The position numbers and the translations under genes are program-made. From NCBI GenBank assembly GCA_965644495.1, contig CBFFSA010000014.1, positions 62,001-126,000 on the forward strand: a stretch of DNA of 64,000 nt, in the 5' to 3' direction. The notes under the pieces are model-generated. The model saw nothing but the letters and a program-made list of their open reading frames with translations, was not told the DNA's origin and did not search any database. Origin of the DNA: Perkinsela sp. CCAP 1560/9 (Eukaryota; Protista; Euglenozoa: Kinetoplastea). The number at the start of each line of letters is the position of its first letter. Position 1 is the stretch's first letter. Of this stretch, positions 23,553 through 35,651 are shown one piece after another.

Positions 23553-24299
23553 GGGTACGAGGACACTTCCGTGAGTACTCATCGAAACGCCCACGTGTCA
23601 AAACGAAAATCATCGAAACGAAAGAAACTCATCGAAGGTGATTTTAATTACTTTTAGCACAAACAAATTCAATCCTGCGGAAGTGGCAGACATAGGTTCT
23701 CAGTGTGCGACCCGCGCGCTGGAGCGCACGGGTCGCCAAAAAATATAGTTATGTCCCAGGGCTACGCTCACAGTTGGGCCTCGATCGCAAACGGGAGCTT
23801 TTGCCTCCAGAAGTGAGCTTCGCTCACAGTTGGGCCTTGCCTCCAGACACGTAAACTAGGTGTCGCAGTATAGGAAAACAACTTTACAATCCTGCGCAAG
23901 TGGCAGACATAGGTTCTCAGTGCGCGACCCGCGCGCTCCAGCGCGCGGGTCGCCAAAAGATATAATTATGTCTCAGGGCTACGCTCACAGTTGGGCCTTG
24001 CTCGCAAACGGGGGATTTTGCTTCCAGAAGTGGGCTACGCTCACAGTTGGGCCTTGCTCGCAGACGGGGGCCTTGCTCGCATACTTGGGCTTCGCTCATA
24101 GTGGAGCCTTTCCTCCAGACACGTAAACTAGGTGTGGCTGACTTCTTATTTTCATGATCTCGACTTTCTTTTCCCAAAGTAATTAAAGTCACCTTCGATG
24201 AGAAGATTGACGTTTCGATGAGTCACACTGTGACACGTAGGCACTTCAATGAGAAATCATCGAAGTGTTGCAAAAACTCACGGAAGTGCCCGGGGGGCC
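23553..24299. mobile_element. Non-autonomous TIR element with 8-bp TSD (GG..CC ends, Merlin-like) and internal ~218-bp tandem duplication
   Basis: TSD aaaatatg at 23545-52 and 24300-07; IRs gacacttccgtgag/ctcacggaagtg and tcatcgaaggtga..aattacttt. Confidence 0.8.
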
Positions 24300-24403
24300 A
24301 AAATATGATACCTGGTGTGCTGAACAAAACGAAAAGCGTCGACGTGCAAAACCGACGTTAAACATCTCGTCACAAGCGTCCAAACCTCAGGACCATAAGG
24401 ATA

Positions 24404-26320
24404 TTGCGGTGGTTGTATAACTACCGCTCTACCCTCGATTATTGAAAAAAAGTGAGCAAAAACAGTGAAAATATAAGAGGAACACAGTAATATACCGGTG
24501 AAACGGTTATTAAGGATAAAAGTAATTAAGGCGGAACGAATTTAAAAATTAATTATTGCCTTAATTAATGTTGCCTTAATTAAAGTGGCGCTGATAAAAG
24601 CCGAAAACAGTTCTTATTAAAATATTCTCGTTCGTAGCATAAATATCACATTTCTGCTAAAAGTGTTCAATTTCTGATCATTTGTCATGTTTTTCGAAAT
24701 GTTTTGGACGAGCTTTACGGTCTTCAACCAGTTCAACGTGTGAGAGAAAAGCTAAAAAGAAAGGAGAAGTCTGAGACGGAATCATGAAGTTAATTTTTCC
24801 CAATTTTTCACCCAAAATGACAAAAAATTAATTATTGCCTTAATTAAAGCTGCCTTAAATTTAATTACCCTTAATTGAATTTTCTACGGTAATAAAGAAA
24901 AAAAAAATATAAAAGGGGGCTCCGGTGGTCCAAACTTGGAAAAAAAAATGAAAAAAATGGGGGGTCCATAGGGGGGGTCTAGGGGCGGGCATACCGCACA
25001 AATTTCTTTTTGAAAAAAATATTTTTCGAAAAAAACCCTCAGAAGCGGTAGCCGGGGTCTTGGCGCGCATTTTCCACCCCCCTACCCGGGGGCGACCCCC
25101 CCCGCGTATCCGCAGGACGCATCCGCCAAGTTCGGATTTTTTCGGATGTTTTTTTCGAAAAAAATATCAATTTGGCGAAACAAATGGCAAAAAAAATATT
25201 TTTCCAAAATTGTTTCACCTTCGAAACATTAAATCGCTTTTTAATTAAAACGAGCATGTTCCCAATATGCCCGAACTTAAGCGTGACACCGTTGAAAGTA
25301 ACTCCAACATAGGCAATACAAGTATGCATGACCCTCTCCTCGTCCATGCCTTCGCACCTAATTTGATCCACTACAGAGGTTGGAAGTCCTTCAACTACTT
25401 GTGGAGTCAAGCACAGTGGGAAGTACTGTGCACCAAGAGGCACAACTACTTGCTTACAGGATACGCAAGGTTCTGTGTCGCTGCCGTCTATGCGATACGC
25501 ACAAACAAGACAACGCTTTGGTGCAACAAGTGAGACGTTGCGCAAAACCTTACATCTCATTTCCTTAGTGGGCACATTTCCTTAGTGGCAGGCTCGGGCA
25601 TCGTGCTAAAAAATGCGTTTAAAGACTTCTTAAATAGTACTGCTTTAAGAAATATAAATATTGATTGAAGTATGATTGAGGAAATTTGTAAAACAACTGA
25701 TTTAAATCCATGAACAAAAGCATAAATTTTGCAAAATAGTGGCAGACAGTGGCAGATGGTGGCGGACAAAACCATACACTTCTGCAGTACATCCATGGAT
25801 GCTTTTTTTAAAATCGATTCTTTTTTGAAATTTTTAAAATCGCTTCATCTATTGTATTTTTATAGTTTGGGACCTACACTACCTTTCTACGCCATTGTTT
25901 TCGACAGATATCCCTTCTTCAAGCCGTGGTATGCCCGCGTAAATGACCCATTTTTGACTCAAAAAGGTGAAAAAATATTTTTCGGACCCCAAGGGGCCTT
26001 TTTGTGTCGAAAGAATGGTGTGGTTGGAGTCGCATTCTCTGCCGAATACGTTTGTCAGGCTTTCATTCATGACTACGAGTGATTTCCCACACGCAAATAT
26101 CGGATTTAGTGCTCTGAGAGCAAAAATACCGAAAAATGACCCCATTTTTACCGAAAATCGGCTAGTTTTGATAATGATCTTTCCGTTTTCTTCAGCTTTC
26201 CACGCCAAATTTTCTTTTTTAGGTTCTTCGTTAAACGCGGTGGTAGTTTTCAACGCGAAGTGCGCAGCACTAGTGACTTATAAGTTGAAAACAACCACCG
26301 CGTTTAACGAAGAGCCTAAA
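24404..26320 (-). mobile_element. Family A copy carrying a nested MITE and ~580 bp of extra sequence
   Basis: Both family A ends present in reverse orientation; interrupted at 24495-24889 and ~25220-25800. Confidence 0.8.
24495..24889. mobile_element. TA-flanked MITE with ttaattaa repeats
   Basis: Imperfect TIRs ccgg..ttaagg / ccttaa..cgg; TA duplicated within the family A consensus. Confidence 0.65.
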
Positions 26321-27118
26321 TATTAGTTTGGAAAGCAGAGTTCGGAATTTCAACCGCAGCTCTCGAACATCCGTTGTTTTTTAACAGAAGTGTACGAGGT
26401 ATGTGTCCCACTCCACCTCGAAGGGAAAAATTAAACGAACTGACCATTGAGTATGCAAAGCAAACTAGAGTAAAGATGTGCGTTGACCTTGGTTTAAAAT
26501 TTTCGGATGTGAGTTTATGTTTAGACACAGCCACTTTTCACCATAGTACGACCTGCGCCGTTACAATGATCAACAATGGTGTTTCTATGTATTGGACCGT
26601 CAAACCCATGCCCGCAAGTGATGCATCTGCCTTTCAACTTCTATTAAAACATACCCCTCCTGGGCAAATGGGTAATTACCCACGTGGTGGTAAACGCGGA
26701 TAATTTACCCGGGTCATTGACCCATTTACCCGCATTCACCCAGATTTACCAACCAACCATACGATCCCGTACTAGAATAAAGCTCGATGACTGTGCCAAC
26801 TTTGCTGAGCAAGTTGTCGCTACAGAAACAGTATCTCAATCCATAGAAGGAAAAATCCGTCTTTCATTCGGTTTCCCCCCTTTCCTATCCCCTAAACCAA
26901 ACAATCTTTCTTTATTTTTTTTATTTTTTTTCTTGACCTGGCGGGCTTATCCCCGCTTCATACAGTACTAATACTATACTGTATAGTAATCACTGTACTA
27001 AAGTCAAATACAACTACTGCGTAAAATCCACATAATGTTAAGTCAGTTATGTTCTGTATCTGACAATGATTCAAGCTCACTATCATTTTCCAGCGAATCA
27101 GCATCACCTTGAGTCATA

Positions 27119-28677
27119 CAGGGGGGTAAATCAGATGCTGCGGGGGGTCTAAAAATTGCAAAACCTTTCCAATTTTGGAAAATGATAGCGTATTCGAGAG
27201 CTCTCGAAGAGTTCTATGTTTTAGAAAAGGCAGCTTCCCGGGGTATAGGGGGGTGTTCAACTGACAAGAAGCCCAAAAACGTCAAAACACAAAAATTGTG
27301 AGAAAGGTTTTAGACGACTAATAATTACAACTTTCTCCTTTTTTTTCTACTACTATGTCGAAACGCCGCTGCATGCTGTTTAAAGTGTTAATGAGCATGT
27401 CATGACCATCTGTTTTAATGTAATCAACCGCTCTTTCAATAGAAAACAAGAGTTCAGTCCTATTTTCTGGATTTGTACCATTTTTAATAAAGGCATCCAT
27501 AATTTCCTAAATGTTTTCAATGGGGTTAAGATCTGGGGATTTTGGGGGAAAGTCCAAAACAACGACTTCGTTTTCTTTAAAGGTTCTAAAACTGCCATTG
27601 TGGCAAGGAGCATTATCCATAGCAACCCGGGACCCGCTATGACGCTTTAAGAAACTTAAAAAAACCCCTCTTTTTGTCATCGCGCATTTAAAAACATCTG
27701 AAGTGATGGTAATTTTCCCATTACTGTCCCTGTTTGGAAAAACATGATAAAAAATTCCATAAATAAAGCTTATACCCATCCAAACGTTCACTCCATCCCC
27801 CCCAAACCACTTTTGCGAAGCTTTTAGAGGTGGTTTCGGGGGGTCACTTGCTCTGCAAATGTAAGAACGGCTTTCGCGCCCAAGTTGACAAGTAAACTTT
27901 TTTTCGTCACACCAAATAATGTGACGAAGCTGTGCGACAGACCACTTCTGCATTTTCAATGCAAAGGTTAGTCGCTTGGCCTTATGAGATTCAGTTAAAA
28001 AAAGGCCTTTCGAAAAAGAACGTTGGATTATCCCGGCGTCCTTCAAAAAATTTACTACAGTTGGCCTGCTGCAGGTGAAACCTCGTTTCCTGACCTCTCG
28101 AAGTATAAAATTCCAGGAGGGACAACCGCGTGTGCTTGACGTGTTGGCCGTGTCAATAATCTCGTGGCACGCATCAAGAAGCCCGGGTGTCGCCACAGTG
28201 CGTTCGCGAGGGGGTGTGGAACGTTCAACGTCCCCGGTTTCCTCAAAGCGTTTCACCCACAACTTGACAGTGCTGTGGTGGACGCCTTCTCTTCGGCAAG
28301 TGGCACTATAGGAATTTGTATTCTCGTAATCTTTTACAAGAAGCATCCTATGTGAATATTTGGTGTGCCCAGGGGAGGAGTACGCCCTATCGGAGAGAGA
28401 TCCTTTGTTCTGCATAGAACGGGATCGCTTTCGCGGCATAAAACTGAGACGAAATGGAGAAAAAACGAAAAAATGAGCAAATTTGGGAAAAACTGCAAAT
28501 TTTAGAGGGGCAAAAAAACTTAAAAAAAATGCCATAAACAAAATTGCTTTCTTTTGGGGTGAAAATAGCGCAAAAACATAGAACTCTGCGAGAGCTCTCG
28601 AATGCGCTATCATTTTCCAAAATTTGAAGGGTTTTGCAATTTTTAGACCCCCCCGCAGCATCTGATTTACCCCCCTG
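27119..28677 (-). mobile_element. Tc1/IS630-like transposon, ~100-bp TIRs, TA TSD
   Basis: caggggggtaaatcagatgctgc.. TIRs at both ends with TA flanks. Confidence 0.92.
27318..28439 (-). pseudogene. Tc1-like transposase (DD32E) with one in-frame TAG
   Basis: MPRKRSRS..HTH..IIWCDEKKF..MDNAPCH..PPKSPDLNPIENI*; frame continues to 27318. Confidence 0.88.
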
Positions 28678-30989
28678 TATATCCTAGCTTGTCACAATTT
28701 CCTCGCACGAATATCTGGTGCGATACAACATCGGGAGCAAGGGAGGCCTGGCGTGAGCTATACATATATCCAAGCACGTATATCCAAGCACGGAAAGACA
28801 GGAGTCGCACCTGTTGACCAGGGGTGGCGTCCAAACGTAGTGTACGGCAGCTTCGTAAATCGCTGGGAACATTTCACATCCAGGACAACACCACCATTCG
28901 TACTCGTTGCTGAACTTAGACGGATCCCAACTGAAATCGAGGCATGCTAAGTATTTTTCCCACTCATCGGATGAAATACGAAAGATCGGCAGCTCGGCCG
29001 ACGGACCGTCCGCATTTTTGTCAAAAACATTATTTGCTCGAGCTACCGAGATGGGGAGAAGACCACAAGGACGAGCGAACTGAACGATCCATCCGGGACG
29101 GAACCAGAGAACATCGTTCCAAAAGCGGATATTATGATTTTTTTGTAGACGAGTCTTGTGATAAAGAAGTGCTTCTCGCATTCGCGAGGGCGCTTCGTCA
29201 CTTTCGCTATGTTCGAACAAGAGCTGCAGCGCAGTTCCGACCTGAGTGAGACGTTTTTAAATCGGCAATGAGATTGAAATGTGCAACCCTCTGTCGTGCA
29301 CACAAAGTGTACTTTTTGGTTAAGGGGGTCTATAAGAACATCCGCGTGTTCGTGCGGACAGTTTGGCGGGCAGCGAGCCAAATTAAAGTGCCCAGACAAA
29401 GACTTCACCGTCATCTTGTGCCGCTCGTTTCGCTTTGATCGCTTTGGGTCCGGGGTCACTATCTCATCCTCAGAGCTTGATTCAGATGAAGCGATCGGTT
29501 CGGGCGTACTGACTGTCGATGATCTTCGCTTGGGCATGTAATAAATAGACGATAAAAGTGCAACGCTATCAGCAAAGTAAATGATATTATGATTGAAGGA
29601 AAAAGAATCTGAGATTTTTCCGATAGGTATACAAAAATAAAACATTTAAAATCATTTAAGGTACAACTTTTCAGTTCCTGTCATCGAGCGGGTAAACGTG
29701 GGTAAAGCGGGTAAATGGGTAATTTACCCGGGTAATTACCCATTTACCCGGCAGGGGTATGTTAAAAGAGGTTGTAGAGGAGCTTTACGCCGATCGAATT
29801 TTTGTGGCGCACGAGGCTTCAGACGCAGGAGCTGGAATCAAAAAGGGTTTAATAATAACCGCTGAAGAGAGTGGAATAGCTTACACTGTTTGCATGGTCC
29901 ACTCGCTTCAACTTTGCATGGGGCACACAATGCGGATGGAAAATACTGATGAGATTTTAGGCCTCGGAAAAAATTACGAAAAGTGACGGGTACCTTGTCC
30001 GACACGTTGGTGGTCGACCTTTGACTCGGTCGAACATGCTCTGGGTGATTCTGATTGGGAAGCGTTTACGACAAAAGCTCGAATGTTTTCGTGGCTTGAG
30101 TCGCTTCTCATTTATCCATTGTTGGCAGATTCATGGAAAGAAACGAATGTACGCTCCCCACGGCAATGCGAATTTGGATGCAGCTGATAAATGACGTATC
30201 TCAGCCACATGGGATGGTCTTAGCAGATCGCCTTGTGCGAATTTTGCGACACGAACATCTTTTTGCTGCATCACTGTCACCATGCATTGACTGGAACGGA
30301 CGGTCTTGCATCGTAGGACTCGGCCAGTGTGCTCGCAATTGGCGATAAAGTTGTCAAAACCCCCCAATAAAGAAGCGTCCGAGCCGGGAGTGCGTCAAGA
30401 TTTGAATCTGTGGTTTAGTGGACGTGTGCAGGAGTTTTTTAACATGAACGAAGGTTTCTCTATTGAAAAAGAAAGTAAAATGTTTAAGTTTTGGTCGGAC
30501 TTATCATTTAAAGGCAAATTTTTACATTTGCCTAGGGCGGCACAGAAGCTGACTTCCTTTGTTGCTTCTGAGGCAATTTGTGAGAGATTGTTAGTTCCGT
30601 AGAATTTATAAACCCCGCGTCATGAAAAGTGACGCCCACTTTTTTTCGTACATTTGTCCGTTTGAGCTGATTTTTGTGGCATTTTGCACATCTCACCATA
30701 GGAACTTTGCGCGCTTATTAGCGGGCCTCAACAGAGAACACCGACTATTTATAATTTTTTCACATTTCCGCCTTTCAATCTTATACACTTCTTAAAGGCG
30801 TGAGTCAAAACTTAAAACCGTATTGTCGATCACATTTTGAGATAAACAAGACCACGCTTTGCGTACATATCGGATGAGTGAAGGCTTATCCGAAGGAGTC
30901 TGTTCGTCCACTGCCCCTTATACCATAGACCGGACGACCCTTAGTCCATAGACCAGACGCAAGTATAATTTAAAATATACAATGTATTG

Positions 30990-32620
30990 TATGAAATAGA
31001 TTTTCGCAATTTCCAATTGGATTCGTATAGTACAGGATGACGTACATCAATGAAGCACATTATATCTCTATGCACATACACCTAGAAACATGCACATTCG
31101 CATGTACCTAGAAAGAAATACGAGTCTCATTCCCAGAAACACCGAATGCAGTAAAGTCTAACGGGAAGAATTTCATTCCGCGTGTTGCTGCGAGACTATC
31201 TTAGACCTTGTGCTTCGTAGCCTCTTCCCGGAAAAGGGTATTTCCAGGCGCTTTACTCTCCATCTCTACGTAAGAAGGAGCTAGTGGGTTGATTACATCC
31301 ACCGTAACAAGCTAATGTCATATTTGGAATAATAGATCCGGGCCTTTTCCTTCTTCAAAGTGAAGCTCCATAACGTCGGGGTTAAAACCATACTGTCGCA
31401 AAATTTTTGCAAAGCATGATTTTACTAGGGCGTGTCTCGATGCTCCCGTCTTGCCACTCACTCGATTGCTATCGAGAGCATGTACTGGAAAGTGGTCATT
31501 GGGATGCAGTTCCCCGCATACACATAATAGGCTCTTCGTTAAACGCGGTGGTTGTTTTCAACTTCGAAGTCACTCATGCTGCGCTCTTCGCCTTGAAAAC
31601 TACCACCGCGTTTAACGAAGAGCCTAAAAAAGAAAATCCGGCCTGGAAAGCTGAGGAAAACACAAGGATTATAGCGAAAATTAGCCGATTTTCGGGCAAA
31701 AATGGGGTGATTTTTGCGTATTTTTGCTCTCAGAGCACTAAATCCGATATTTGCGTGTGAGAAATCACTCGTAGGCGTGAATGAGGAACTACTACGTTCT
31801 ACTGAACGTATTGGATAGAGAATGCGACTCCAACCACATCATTCTTTTGACATAAAAAGACCCTTTTAGGTCCGAAAATTACTTTTCCGCACTTTTTGGT
31901 CAAAAATGGCCATTTTGGGAGGCGTGCAACGGCTAGAGGAGGTATCTGGCGAAAACGACAGTGTAGAAGGCTAGTGTAGGTCCCAAACTCTCAAAATACG
32001 ATAGGGAAAACGATTTTGGAAAAATATTTTTTTTACGATTTTTTTCGCCCAATTGAATTTTTTTCAATTTTTTTCTTCGAAAAAATCCGAACTTGGCGGA
32101 CCTGTCCTGCGGATACGCGGGGGGGGGTCACCCTCGGGTAGGGGGGTGGAAAATGCGCGCCAAGACCCCGTGTACCGCTTCTGAGTTTTTTTTTTCGAAA
32201 AATATTTTTAGCAAAAATAATTGCTCGACCATGACCCCCCCCTAGACCCCCCATTTTTTTCAACTTTTTTTTCCAGTTTTGGACCACCGGGGCCCCCTAT
32301 TAGATTTTTTTCTTCTATTATATTACTGTGTTCATCTTTATATTTTCATTGTTCAATAATCGAGGGTAGAGCGGTAGTTATGTTTATGCATACAATGTGA
32401 CATTGTATGCTTGGGGATGACATTGGGCTTAGCAGATCACGCATGCGGAGGGCAGCCTGTCACTCTGAGTCGCGTAGGTACAATTCGGGGCGATTGGGGA
32501 TCGCTTACATCCAATACTTCGAATATTTATTGGAGAGCTGTGCGAAGAGTGCCTTGTGCTTGTGGCTTAGGGATGTTTGAGATTCGAATTTATTTGAAAA
32601 CTGTACTCTTCCGCCAAATT
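30990..32620 (-). pseudogene. CRE-clade non-LTR retrotransposon 3' fragment (Zn knuckle + restriction-like endonuclease), split by family A
   Basis: Manual translation: W.*AIPNRPELYLRDSE*QAALRMR | CVCG..HALDS..SRHALVK..E..GPDLL..VDV..K.K..FFPL..G. Confidence 0.7.
31528..32380 (+). mobile_element. Family A copy (3' end clipped)
   Basis: Matches 59575-60453. Confidence 0.85.
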
Positions 32621-32692
32621 GAGACGCAAAGTGAGGCATTTGTTTTCCAAAATCGACTCCTAAACCGTATTTTGAGTTTGGGACCTCAGTTA

Positions 32693-33277
32693 CTGTGACC
32701 CCCCCTTTAATATGCACACGTTTTTGGGGTTTGTGCATATTAAGGGGGGGGGTAAGAGGGGGAAGAACCAGCCCCTCCGGGAAAAAAATTGCGCCGCTTC
32801 GCGGCGCCTTTATTTCCTGTGCGTTTTTCGAACTTGATTGATTGATTGATTTTAAGGGCATGTATCCCATAGGGACGTACCCTCCCGGAGATAGCTCACA
32901 AGATATCTTCTTGTGCATTCTCTAAAGATAGGTACAAAAGATTCTCTATGTAGCCAGGCACAAAGGCATCCATGGAATATAATTTGAGAAAACTTTCAGG
33001 TGGCAGAATACTAAAAAAATTGGAATAATAAGTGTATTTTGGAATAATAAAAAAATTAGTGCCCGGCTATCTCCGGGAGGGTACGTCCCTATGGGATACA
33101 TGCCCTTAAAATCAATCAATCAATCAAGTTCGAAAAACGCACAGGAAATAAAGGCGCCGCGAAGCGGCGCAATTTTTTTCCCGGAGGGGCTGGTTCTTCC
33201 CCCTCTTACCCCCCCCCCCCCCCCCTTAATATGCACAAACCCCAAAAAAGTGTGCATATTAAAGGGGGGGGTCACAG
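32693..33277. mobile_element. Young palindromic MITE, ~200-bp near-perfect TIRs, TA TSD
   Basis: 32693-32895 is the reverse complement of 33066-33277; TA flanks. Confidence 0.92.
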
Positions 33278-33599
33278 TACAATTTTTGTATTCGAAGTCT
33301 GTATATTAGATTCGTCTAGAAACTTCGGAAAATCAGTTCTCTTTATCCTCCCTTCAAGCTCTGCATTATCAGACAGTGTTAATTCCTTTAATTTAGAAGG
33401 TAGACAATCTAGGTGTAACAAACCTTCAAAGCTATTTTTATGGAGCGCCAAGATTGTTAGGGTGGATGGGAGGCAACGCAGATTGGGAGTTCCGGTAAAA
33501 GCATTGCATCCTAGTGCAAGAACCCGAAGTATGGGAGGCAGGTGGCTTAACTGAATGTTCCCCGAGAGTCTATTGTACGATATTTCGTTTATCATGCGC

Positions 33600-34005
33600 T
33601 CTTTGGCGCAGAGATAATCCTCTTAATGCGACGGCCGATATCATCGGCACATAATCCGCCCACAACGGATGTCGCCAAAGGGGGTTCGACACGGACTCGG
33701 TCGGTAGAGGGGGTCCAGGCAACTCGCCCTCTCTTTACGCAGCCGGAGGGGCGTACTGCAACCGACTCGGTCCCAGTCGGTAGAGGTGGTCCAGGCAACT
33801 CACCACCTCTTTACGCAGCCGGAGGGGCGCACTGCAACCGACCGCTGCCTCGCGATAATGCGAGGCAGAGTCACGCCCAGTGGTCCTCAAGGGAGGCCAC
33901 CATGGCGCATAGCTCCCGGGAAGAGACAGGCGCGAGAAGAAGAAAGCCGGGGAGGGAAGAAAACTCACTCAAGGAGTGAGCCGGGGAGGGGTGAAAAGTC
34001 GGAAG
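33600..34005. repeat. GC-rich dispersed repeat E with two ~75-bp tandem units; inverted paralog at 62245-62525
   Basis: agtggtcctcaagggaggccacc...ggagtgag..ggggtgaa shared with the reverse complement of 62250-62385. Confidence 0.7.
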
Positions 34006-34059
34006 TACGTCCCCTACTTCCACGACAAAGAGGGACAGTCCCTGCTAGCCGTCAGCCGG

Positions 34060-34162
34060 AGACGGGCTTTTAAAAGGAAAATGTATGCCCGTTTCCGGGA
34101 AAAGAAAGGAAGGGCTAGCAAAATGTACCAACAAGGTACAGAAACTGTATCTAGATCTAGTT
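34060..34162 (-). ncRNA. Spliced-leader (mini-exon) RNA-like sequence; exon 34162-34129, GT donor at 34128
   Basis: Minus strand AACTAGATCTAGATACAGTTTCTGTACCTTGTTG|GTACAT: AACTA start, kinetoplastid SL core GATACAGTTTCTGTAC, TTG|GTA junction at canonical spacing. The 3' extent is a guess. Confidence 0.7.
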
Positions 34163-34299
34163 GACACGATCACTGGACGCATTGCCAAACCCAATTCTCC
34201 AGCTGAACAGCATGAGGGACGAGGCACCCGGCCCCGCCTAGCTAAACGAAAATATACCACATCTCTCAACAACACTCTCCCCTCCGACTCCACCGAACA

Positions 34300-34698
34300 G
34301 GAAACCATTATACCACGACAGAGGCATCTCAGCCAAGCAATATCGGAAAATGAATTCCAGGCTGCGTACATGAAAACAGACGCAAGGACGAGGGCACGAT
34401 GGGTTTCTCAATCAGGGCCGGAAACTGGGCTTTTGTAACACCGTCCAAGAGCAGAGGCTACGCTTTTACCCACACGGAGTTTCGGACTCTGACACGCTGG
34501 TGGCTCGGGATGAATATCTTGCCGGAGGATCAACCTTGCCCAGCTGACGGCTGCACCCTTCCCTTACTTAAAAATGGAGAGCACGCTTTGCTCTGTAAGA
34601 ATGGACACGGTATAATCTCACGACATAATGCCGTAGCGCAACAATTTACGTCCTTTTGCAGCAAAGCTTTCCTTCAACCACAGAGAGAGCTGCTATGA
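34300..34698 (+). pseudogene. CRE/SLACS-clade non-LTR retrotransposon fragment (CCHC knuckle + RH motif)
   Basis: RARWVSQSG..FVTP..EFRTLTRWWLG..CPADGC..EHALLC..ISRHNAV, frameshifted. Confidence 0.75.
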
Positions 34699-35651
34699 CG
34701 TTACGTTAGAACCTCCGCAACGTCGCTTAATGGACACTATGCAATCTTAGTTAGCGTCAGTTCGTGTCAGTCAGAACGCGATCGGAACTATGCGTACGTT
34801 TTCGTGGCATGCCGGAGCAAGTTCGCGCGTATCAAGACTGGCAAGGTCAGGGTGCCCAGTTGACATCGGATGATAGGACTTAGCGATACCAGCCTCCCGA
34901 GCTAGGCCCAGCGATAGGAAATGGGGGGCCGCGGGTAAAAGTTCGCAAAACTTTGGGGAAAACACACCTATTTCTGTTGCATAGCGAGGCGGAAAGGTAA
35001 AAAAGTAGAGGAAAAATATTTATCTCTGCAAAATATGGATAACATTACAGAAAATTGCAAGTTTCAAAAACAGTTTTTTTGTCAACACTGAAAAAAAGGA
35101 TTAAAGGGTGGGAAACGTATTCTTAGGTGCTACGTAACTCTACGGGGGCTCTCAAATGCGATGTTACCACTCCCTGTATGATAAAGGAAAAAATATAAAA
35201 GTAAGCTCCGATGGTCCAAAAAACTACATTTTTTTTTCAAAAATCCACTCCAAAAATTTCTGTCAGTGCCAGTCAGAGCCAACTAAAATAGAAGTAAGGA
35301 AAGATCGATACCACCTGAAAGCACGTTCCTGGAAAGCCTTAGCTCTCTCATACTTGCTGGAAGAGGAGAAAGGTCGACACTCCCCTCAAGCATGTTGCCT
35401 TTTAAATATAGATCACGCATTCCATGAGATAGAAGGTTTAATTCTAACCCACCGGTAAATCTGTTGCTCAATAGACACAGATCTCCAATCTTCTGCGGCA
35501 ACGTAGTGAGTAAAACCCATCCTGAAAAGCATTTTACTTCTATTTGAAACCGATCCTGATATCCTCTTTCACGTCCATTCGCCATACGTAGTGGGCAAAA
35601 ACAAAGGCCACCTCCTAAACCACATTATCGACCCTTTTACCCGGTACTGTC

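Larger units (their letters stand above)
26650..29761 (-). mobile_element. Internally deleted hAT-like CATA-ended element with 6-bp TSD
   Basis: TIRs catacccctcctgggcaaatgggtaattaccc / gggtaattacccatttacccggcaggggtatg; TSD ttaaaa; ORF pieces 29043-29645 and 28684-29220 are homologous to the 874-aa protein. Confidence 0.85.
23354..30602 (+). pseudogene. BED-finger hAT transposase gene split by nested insertions
   Basis: BED finger 23354-23552; continues at 24308-24403, 26321-26649 (LCLDTAT) and 29762-30602 (SDAGAG, CMVH, TRWWST, FW..ASEAICER). Junctions rejoin in frame (KKY|DTW, LLK|EVV). Confidence 0.85.
33272..35585 (-). pseudogene. LRR gene disrupted by a ~1.7-kb composite insertion
   Basis: LRR frames at 35283-35585 and 33272-33595 flank unrelated DNA; N-terminal cap missing. 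Confidence 0.75.

Noticed and set aside
26820-26836. Second SL-core-like match (GATACTGTTTCTGTAG on the minus strand)
   Set aside because: Two mismatches, no AACTA start and no TTG|GT junction.
27507-27509. TAG at conserved Trp positions in two Tc1 copies (also ~44581), suggesting stop-codon reassignment
   Set aside because: Host ORFs use TGG for Trp and several end in TAG; simple TGG>TAG decay in dead elements is sufficient.
29685-29761. Telomere-like GGGTAA repeats
   Set aside because: Not TTAGGG arrays; they are subterminal repeats of the CATA element, mirrored at 26650-26750.
33625-33675. Three-way junction resembling a hammerhead ribozyme
   Set aside because: Lacks the CUGANGA and GAAA core in the right positions on either strand.
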